A DNA stretch of 58,684 nt, the filler included, from Squatina squatina (taxonomy: Eukaryota), in NCBI GenBank assembly GCA_031763465.1. It is 3 parts of 3 records of this genome, joined end to end, with 100 filler letters (N's around TTAATTAATTAA, not from the genome) between each part and the next. Parts side by side here need not be neighbours in the genome. Positions count along the whole stretch, not along the records: positions 46,174 to 58,684 come from JARFOE010000057.1; 2 more parts are not named here. One strand, 5' to 3'. The translations under genes were made by a program, and so were the position numbers. Numbering within the stretch: the first letter of the stretch is position 1; the number at the start of each line of letters is the position of its first letter. Shown piece after piece: positions 50,821-58,684 of the stretch. Under the pieces are notes generated by a model. That model searched no databases. It was given only the letters and a program-made list of their open reading frames with translations, and had not been told where the DNA came from.

Positions 50821-51430
50821 CTAGAAAACAGACAATGGAAATTCTTTAATAACAACGTTTTTAAAAAAAAACTTCTTATGATAGGATGGTCTTCATGAAC
50901 ACCATAAATTTTTAACAAGGTCAAAAGGCATTACTTAAAAATGGGTCTCAGGATCAGGAAAAGACTGAAAAGAATCTCTCATTCAAAATCTCCTCAGTAT
51001 TTGTTAATACTGCAATTTTAGCTTTGTTGAGAAGTGCTTTCTCCGTTGCAACTACCCTACAGTTTCAGTATACTGCTAGAGTCAGACCCTGACTGACTCC
51101 AAAGCGGAACAGTGTGACAACTCCTGGAGGAAGCAATCTCAAAGTGCTTGGAGTATAAATAATTATAGAGAGTGCATGTGGGAGTATTTACNNNNNNNNN
51201 NNNNNNNNNNNNNNNNNNNNNNNNNNNNNNNNNNNNNNNNNNNNNNNNNNNNNNNNNNNNNNNNNNNNNNNNNNNNNNNNNNNNNNNNNNNCCGCTGGGC
51301 TTCCGAAAACAAACAAATAACAGACGGATGTTAATGATTCAACTCTCCTTCTCGTCGCAACGGACTCTTGTGTCCATTTCTTGTTGTTTCCATGGAGTTA
51401 ATCTGAGTGTTGCCCCTTGTTCACCCTCAG

Positions 51431-51636
51431 GTCCACTCGATGGATTTCGATGATACCTGGCACCCCGCCACCCATCCCTCGGGAGCTGTACTGCCCGCTC
51501 TCCTAGCTGCTGTCCAGATGTTGCCTGCAAACTCCAAACCCAGTGGTCTTGACCTCCTGCTGGCCTTTAATGTGGGCGTAGAAATTCAGGGCAGGTTAAT
51601 GCGCTTCTCCCAGGAGGCGAACAACATCCCTAAGAG
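51431..51636 (+). CDS. Cis-aconitate decarboxylase-like (ACOD1/IRG1-like), penultimate coding exon
   Basis: 206-bp exon VHSMDFDDTWHPATHPSGAVLPALLA...GLDLLLAFNVGVEIQGRLMRFS...PKR; cag acceptor, gtaag donor. Confidence 0.95.
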
Positions 51637-52699
51637 GTAAGATTCTGACACTAAACTCAAAACATCGGTTCAGCAACTTCTAGAGTTGTCGCCGATTAGA
51701 TCAAACTATGTGATTTAATGTGTTCAGTGTCTCTTTTCCAATAGAGTTGCGCGAGGAACAACTTTTATTTTCATGGTACGTAGCTCTTGGCTGGTATTTC
51801 CGGATAATTGTGAGCGTTAGTGTTGAGGAAGGAGCAGCCCTTTGGTTCCAGATTAACAGAAAGACTAGACTTGATTTCTGTTCGTTTTGACTCTAGATCC
51901 ACGTTATTGTTTTTTTCCAATATTGTTTGAAGCAGTAAACTACACTTAAACACTGATATCTTTCTGATGTCGGATTTTGGGACCAGAGGCGAACAAACGG
52001 CTGTGCCCGTTCGAAATCCAAAACAGCGCGGTGCCCCCTACAGGGGATCTGGGGCCTGTGAGCAGGGCAAGCAGTGGTGTGTCTCCTTAACCAATCAGAT
52101 TGAAGAATCCTTACTGAGTCACGTGATGTCTAACTAGTTAGTACAGGTTGGAATATTTAATTAATTGTCCAATCACGTACAGAAAGTGAAATAATGTTCA
52201 GGTAACTGTCTCTACTTTTTCAAAAAGTAATGATTTGGGAAGCAACGAATTGATTTTTATTGCTCCATTTATGATGTCTTGGTATAGAACAATATGCTGG
52301 CTGTGTGGTGACAAATTTAAAGTTCAATCCAAAGAGTGTTAAGCTGGAATATTACTTGGATAACTTTGCACTAAGCTGTCTCCAATCATCACATTTTGGG
52401 GTGTGTCTGTGCTTTAGAGTACTGCTTCTTGAGTTACCTGAGCTAAGCAAACAGCCGTCTGCCAGCATAGCCACAGGAATGAGTGACTTATTTGATTGTT
52501 CATTACCTTAGTAAATGTGCCTTTAGTCTAGACACGAGGTAGTGCATGCATCTTGTGACCACCAACCATTGGGAGACAATAATAGTCTCTTAATTTACTC
52601 CTGAAATCAACAGGGTTCTTAAACATTGAATCTCAGGTGTCCCAGATTTACTAAGTATGCAGTACTTAAATACACACTTAAAAAGCACTCTTTGTGATT

Positions 52700-52945
52700 T
52701 GTGGGGAGAGTTTCAGGGGTGGACGCAGAAGGAAGTGGGACGTGATTGAGGGATACAAGGAAATGATTTGAGATGGTCTGGGGNNNNNNNNNNCAAGGTT
52801 GAGGGGAGAGGCGGTGAATCTGGGTCGGAGAGGTTATATGGAGGGAGCGGTTAAAGGAGGGAGTGAACTTGGGAGGGAGGACAAAGGGAGTTGAAATGGA
52901 GGTTGAAATCACCAAGGATGAGAAGAGGCTGAGGAAGCTCCAGGG
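52700..52945 (-). mobile_element. L2-type LINE, endonuclease-region fragment
   Basis: LLILGDFNLH motif on the minus strand, frameshifted downstream. Confidence 0.7.
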
Positions 52946-53590
52946 GATCATTTTCCATGTTAAAGGTGTTATATAAAATTAAGTTCTTGTACACCATCTC
53001 TTCTGCATAAATAGGAACAAAACAATTTGGAAATGCAATATAATGTAAAAAGCAGCATTTTGAANNNNNNNNNNNNNNNNNNNNNNNNNNNNNNNNNNNN
53101 NNNNNNNNNNNNNNNNNNNNNNNNNNNNNNNNNNNNNNNNNNNNNNNNNNNNNNNNNNNNNNNNAAGCAAAATCAGACAGCAACTTCCTAATTTCTGTGT
53201 TTAACTGCGCATGTGTGGATGCTGGAGGTTACTGTCCGATTTACTCCTTAATAACGGAGATCGTTGATAGCCTTACTGTTTTTTCTACCATAGAATTTAG
53301 GCCAAGGAAACAGCATAAAATACCCTCGATAATACATTTTAACCTTTGGGTTGAATCCACAAAAAGTGCCGGGTGTTATTACAATTCATTAAGACGTTTA
53401 TATAAATGACTGATTAGTGGGCAGTAAAGCCACGTGGAAGCTTTAGCAGAGGATCTGACCTGTAAAAGTGCACTTTGTAGAAGTATTAATCATAACAAAA
53501 CTATTAATTCTGTTGGATTAAAGTGTTACTGTGCAATAGCAAAAAATAAGCAAAAAGATCAGATGCTTGAATATTTTTTTTATTTAACAG

Positions 53591-54590
53591 GTTCCACCCT
53601 CCCAGTGTGGTTGGGACAATGGGCAGCGCTGCAGCCATAGCTAAATTGCTATCACTGAACCCCAACCAGTGTATTAATGCCCTGGCTATTGCAGCTTCAC
53701 TCTCAGGGGCACCAATGGCCAATGCAGCCACTCAGGCAAAACCCACCNNNNNNNNNNNNNNNNNNNNNNNNNNNNNNNNNNNNNNNNNNNNNNNNNNNNN
53801 NNNNNNNNNNNNNNNNNNNNNNNNNNNNNNNNNNNNNNNNNNNNNNNATGCAGCCACTCAGGCAAAACCCACCCATATTGGCAATGCCACACGGCTGGGC
53901 TTTGAGGCAGCCCTCCTTGCCTCTAAAGGAATGGAGGGAAATGTTAAAATTCTAGACAAAACCCCTGGCTGCTTTGGATTTTCTGCTTTCTATGGTGATT
54001 ATCAACCTCAGGAGATAGCATCACTTGAGCAGACACGATTTCTGCTAGAGGACCAAGACATTGCATTTAAGCGCTTCCCAGCTCATCTGGGCATGCACTG
54101 GGTGGTGGAAGCCGCTGCCTCAGTTAGGCAGTTGGTGACTGCCAATGATGGTGCCTTTTCACCCTCTATGATTGAAAGAATCATTCTGCGTGTTCCCATT
54201 TCACGCTACATCAACAGGCCGTTCCCAGAGACGGAACATGAGGCTCGCCATTCCTTCCAGTTTAATGCNNNNNNNNNNATTCAATCATTCAGTGAAAGTA
54301 AACTCCAACGAGATGATCTCCGTGAGTTACTCAACAAAGTGGAGCTTCAGCATCCTGAAGATAACTTGGCCAGTTTTGAGAAGATGTACGGAGAAGTTGT
54401 TCTGGTCCTCATGAACAGAGATGTGCTCAGTGGAAAATGTGAAACCTTCTACGGACACTGGAGAAATCCACTCTCTAGAGAATCACTGCTCAACAAATTC
54501 AAAAATAATGCTTCATATGTGTTAGAGCAGGACAAAATAGAAGCTATTATTGAGATCTGGTTAACAGCCAGAAAAGCTGCTGTAGACTAG
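53591..54590 (+). CDS. Cis-aconitate decarboxylase-like (ACOD1/IRG1-like), last coding exon
   Basis: aacag acceptor then [15 protein letters not shown]...AKPTHIGNA...[14 protein letters not shown]...[14 protein letters not shown]...FYGHWRNPL; two gaps; last ~10 codons suspect. Confidence 0.93.
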
Positions 54591-54630
54591 CACGAGACCA
54601 ACTTATTCCATTTCCTTCTCTGTCCTACAG

Positions 54631-54755
54631 TTAGAAGACCTGGAGGTGACTGTTTCTGATCATATACAGAAGGTTCTGAAGCCTAACTTTACGGCTGCTT
54701 GGGATGAAGTAGGAGATGAGTTTCAGAAAGAGGAAACATTTGCGCTCTCTTCTGT
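54631..54755 (+). CDS. Coatomer subunit gamma (COPG2-like), isolated partial exon
   Basis: Polypyrimidine tract + cag then [41 protein letters not shown]; probably misplaced. Confidence 0.8.
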
Positions 54756-55327
54756 NNNNNNNNNNNNNNNNNNNNNNNNNNNNNNNNNNNNNNNNNNNNN
54801 NNNNNNNNNNNNNNNNNNNNNNNNNNNNNNNNNNNNNNNNNNNNNNNNNNNNNNNACAACCTGGCACAGTTAGGTGTCTGCCATTTTCTCAGGAAGGGCG
54901 GGGGGGTTAAATGATGTCCCAAATGGGAGACCATCAGAACCCACAAAAATTTCAGCCCCATTGTATTTAAGCAACCAATATTGATTTTAAACGGATTAAT
55001 GTCTCTGCTAAAATAGCGGCGAGAGGAATTTCAGACAAATGCCAATATTCAACTGTGTAATTTCAGAGCCAAGGTGCCTTTAACTACTATGATGCTTTAT
55101 AGATTTACAAGGGTTGACTGAACTTTTAACTTGTTTTTTAATAATTAAAAGTGATTACATTAGGCTGGTGCTCTGATTTAGTTACGTAAAATCTCAACTT
55201 TGGGTTTGGCATGACTTGGAATTTTACATAACTAAACGTGGAAAAGTGAAAGTTTCCAATTCTATTATGACAATTTAACTCATTTAAGTTTGAATGGAAG
55301 TTGTATGAAATATTAACCAGTTTGTTG

Positions 55328-55480
55328 TTAGTTTGACTTTGTTATATCCAAGAAATACTGGAGAATATCCTCTATACTGAAGTTCATGGTTATGCCAGAG
55401 CCAGGGTAACACCGAGCAATCATTTCTTCAAACTCCTTGTACTGGCGAACAAACTCTCCTTGCATAGTACACCACACTAC
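55328..55480 (-). CDS. Exocyst component 1 (Sec3)-like paralogue, last coding exon
   Basis: ttttacag acceptor then [50 protein letters not shown]-stop. Confidence 0.9.
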   Translation of the reverse strand, partial: VVWCTMQGEFVRQYKEFEEMIARCYPGSGITMNFSIEDILQYFLDITKSN

Positions 55481-56304
55481 CTGTAAAATTAATAAGTTAT
55501 GCATTTAGGCATCCTGTCTCTTCTGGGGCCACTGTCACAATCATATGGTGGTTTCATTGAATAAGCAGTGGCCCTTGATAACCACATAGGTGCCTTCTTC
55601 ACTATTCACAAATACAATTTATTCCACTCTAAGAAAAATAAAGTAAAACAGAGAGAACAAAGGAGTTTCCACTCNNNNNNNNNNNNNNNNNNNNNNNNNN
55701 NNNNNNNNNNNNNNNNNNNNNNNNNNNNNNNNNNNNNNNNNNNNNNNNNNNNNNNNNNNNNNNNNNNNNNNNNNTTTCACAGGAGTCATTAGCAGCGTTG
55801 CGCCCGGGCTAGAAGTCGTTTGAACCCTGTTACCGCCGCCCGGGGACGCTAACAGGAGGCGCAAACGCCCTGAATTTCTCCCCCTACTACTAACGATCAC
55901 TGATTTTGGCTTAAGCAGGTAACTTGCTCAAAATACGCATAGAGACCAGTGACTTATCACTTGCCGGCACAGCCTTTCACCAACCATTGAGAAAAGTTCA
56001 GTAGCCAGAAAACAGGCTGCAAATCATACTTTTAAGCAACTGTGCAGGGGCAGTTGACCGTATTTTGCGGCTGATGCTGCAAAATCAGCCTCACAGTGAA
56101 AGTGGGATGCATTCAACAGTATCAGGACCTTAAAGCATTATAATAGGGGTATAAAACACATTTGAAGTGCATCATATACAGGGAGGATGCGGAAAAATGC
56201 CAGTTGCAGCAGAGTACCTTTTTAGTTGCATTAATTACCAGTATTAGATCATTTAAATACATATAAGATACATAAGATTCAAGAACAAAATGTCAATAAC
56301 TTAC

Positions 56305-56548
56305 AATGCATTTGTCGAAGTTGCGTTTGACGTGTACTAGAATGTTTCCAAATGTAGATTTGAGAAAAGAAGAAGGGTCACAATCTTGAACTGTCAGTGC
56401 ACGCTGGCTCACTATTACCAGTAAATGCAAGGAGTTGGAAGGGTTGATCTTGTCACATAGGTTTACAAACGCCTTTAGATCTAGTTCAAGTGTACTGAAT
56501 ATTTCACTCATCATTTTTCGTTTATTGCTTATACCAGGTTCTTCCTGC
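56305..56548 (-). CDS. Exocyst component 1 (Sec3)-like paralogue, internal exon
   Basis: 244-bp exon ...MMSEIFSTLELDL...DPSSFLKSTFGNILVHVKRNFDKCI; gtaagt donor. Confidence 0.88.
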
Positions 56549-56652
56549 CTAGTGGAAAACAAAATAAATAAAACCTGCAGCATAAATATTTTGATCATAA
56601 AGTGCATCTACTTGAAACTGTATATATCTTCACAATGAAACATAAAAATACA

Positions 56653-57326
56653 GGGGGCGAAATTGCCCCGTGCCCCGATTGGGGGTGGTAACCTTCTGGG
56701 GCCGGGACTTTTAGCGCCCAGCGTGGAAGTCCCACCCTCCCCCAACCCAGAGTTGTCCTTACTGCCCCGGAAATGAAGCGGAGCGTGGTCTCCGGCGCTC
56801 CGCTTCATTTGGTGGTGGTGCCGGGCACGTTGTGCAGCGCTACACAGATGCTCCGCGTAGCGCTAACACGTCCCACAATGTCCCTCCCCTGTATTTAAAG
56901 GGAAGGGCCGCTGCGCACTCTGCACCAACCGCCAATGGCTGTCACTGGACCACCAGGGGGCAGTGCAACCAGGCCAGCATGCAAGGGCTGCCATCAGTCG
57001 GCTGACAAAAACAGATGTGGCCAGGGGCGCTGATACCTTTCCCTTAAGGGAGCGCACCGGGAGCCGATGACCGCCAGCTTTGTGACTTCACACCGGCCTC
57101 ATGTCCCGCGGTGCAATTTCCCCCGTGGGCCGTTAAGGTGTCGGCGCAGGGTGCTGTGGGGTGACCGGCTGTGTGCTTGCCTGGGGGGATAACCACAGGG
57201 CGCAGCACTAACTCCCACCCAGGAAATTTTCTGGGAGGTGGTAGCGCCCCCACCTCTACCGGGCGAAAAATTATTTATGTCCTGGGGTTAACAGGGCTAT
57301 AAAAAAAAAGGGGTAATTTCACCCCC
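56653..57326. mobile_element. Non-autonomous PIF/Harbinger-like DNA transposon
   Basis: TIRs gggggcgaaattgcccc / ggggtaatttcaccccc (2 mismatches) flanked by aca on both sides (56650-56652, 57327-57329). Confidence 0.75.
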
Positions 57327-57482
57327 ACAGTATTAATTCAGTAGAAAGATCATCAGGAGTGGAAGAATGATCTGTTAGTTCTTCAGGTTTCAAGAATTAC
57401 ATATTCATAAAACACAGAAACCTATGGGAAAATGAGTTGTCATCTATTTTGAACATGAAAATCTTTATACAGTTCTGAGTAA

Positions 57483-57715
57483 AAAAGAAGAATTTGAATT
57501 TATATAGTGCCTTTTACAACCTCATAATGTCCCAAAGTGCTTCACAGCCAACGAAGTACTTTTGAAATGCAATGCAAGGAAATGCAGCGGCTAAAATGCA
57601 CACAGCAAGGACCAACAAACACAATATTTTTTTCGTGGTGTTGGATGAGGGATAAATATTGGCCAGGACATGGGGAGAACGTTCCCTCAGACCATCTCAT
57701 CCAAAAGACAACATC
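57483..57715 (-). mobile_element. DeuSINE-like SINE, 3' part
   Basis: tttatatagtgcctt...aagtacttttgaa...gagggataaatattggccaggaca. Confidence 0.75.
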
Positions 57716-57851
57716 NNNNNNNNNNNNNNNNNNNNNNNNNNNNNNNNNNNNNNNNNNNNNNNNNNNNNNNNNNNNNNNNNNNNNNNNNNNNNNNNNNNNN
57801 NNNNNNNNNNNNNNNACCCCACCCACCTTTAACATGACAGAGCTTACTTAC

Positions 57852-58079
57852 CACAAGAAAAATGACTTCCTCTAAAAGTTTTTGTTGGTTACAATCAATG
57901 ACTTGTAACTGGTAGTTGCTTTGGTGAATATGATCCATCTGTTCTTTAACACTCTGCAGCAGCTCTTCGTAGGTTTGAAGGGTCTCCTCAATGCTTTTCA
58001 CTTCAACAAGACCCACATCAATCAGCTCCATCATTTCAGTTACTTGCTTCTCAGACACAATGATTGATCGTATGTTTGC
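57852..58079 (-). CDS. Exocyst component 1 (Sec3)-like paralogue, internal exon
   Basis: 228-bp exon ANIRSIIVSEKQV...YEELLQSVKEQMDHI...KLLEEVIFLV; tttag acceptor, gtaagt donor. Confidence 0.9.
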
Positions 58080-58684
58080 CTAAAGGAGAAACACATGCAA
58101 TCACTAGTACCTACAATAACAACTTCTATTTATATAGCGCCTTTAAGGTAGTAAAGTATTTTAAGGAGTATTTTAAGACAAAAAATTTGACCTACATAAT
58201 TTTAATGTGTACTGTGATTGGAAACTATATATTATACACACACACACACACACTTTTACATTAAAAAATGGCGAATTATTCTTTGTTCCATTAATTATCA
58301 TTAAAAAGCATAAAATAAAAGTGTTGCACGTTTTACTGAAAAGCAGTAATGAATTCATATGCCTTCTCTAGTTCACAGCATTNNNNNNNNNNACAGCATT
58401 AAATTCTTTTTCTCTTTTTGAATATCTTCAATGCTCATGGGTCAGATTTTAAAATCAAGGAAAATGTCATTGCTAGAAACTCACAGGAACTATCAAATTA
58501 GGTCATCTGAGTTCACATTCAACGCCTCTCTAGTTTTAATGGAGCTTAAAGTTGGGATAATTTTTTAAATTATCTACATGATATATATTGAGCGAGACAA
58601 GAGATGGATTACATAGAAAACTTTTTTTTTATATAAGAGTTAAATTTATCTACTGTGCAACAGTACATAGCTAATTTTCTAATC

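Noticed and set aside
53722-53873. Apparent tandem duplication AATQAKPT...AATQAKPT in the ACOD1-like exon
   Set aside because: The same 26 bp flank both sides of a 100-N gap: overlapping contig ends, not a real repeat.
54631-54648. LEDLE peptide as a spliced true C-terminus of the ACOD1-like protein
   Set aside because: No suitable donor upstream, and the peptide continues as unmistakable COPG sequence; coincidental similarity.

Overview
Vertebrate genomic DNA, most likely a shark or other cartilaginous fish (inferred from the CR1/L2/DeuSINE-type repeats and the protein divergence). It comes from a fragmented assembly: short contigs are joined by 100-N spacers, so true distances are unknown. 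Two artificial N44-TTAATTAATTAA-N44 linkers split the window into three unrelated blocks. Block 1 (1-28282) has exons of NOL10(-), ATP6V1C2(+), PDIA6-like(-), KCNF1(+, full ORF), C2orf50(+) and SLC66A3(+, with a U12-type donor), in the same order as human 2p25.1. Block 2 (28383-46073) has HSBP1(-), a divergent SLC66A2/PQLC1 paralogue(+), KCNG4(-, reading frame breaks in S5) and WFDC1(+). Block 3 (46174-58684) has the last BLTP1/KIAA1109 exon(+), a large exon of a tandem-repeated SatP/Ady2 (GPR1/FUN34/YaaH) carboxylate-channel-like protein(-), an ACOD1/IRG1-like aconitate decarboxylase(+) oriented divergently from it, a stray COPG exon and a divergent EXOC1 paralogue(-). The most interesting observation is the SatP-like transporter plus ACOD1-like pair, a candidate itaconate make-and-move module. 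All protein identifications come from my own translation and recalled reference sequences; no database search was run.
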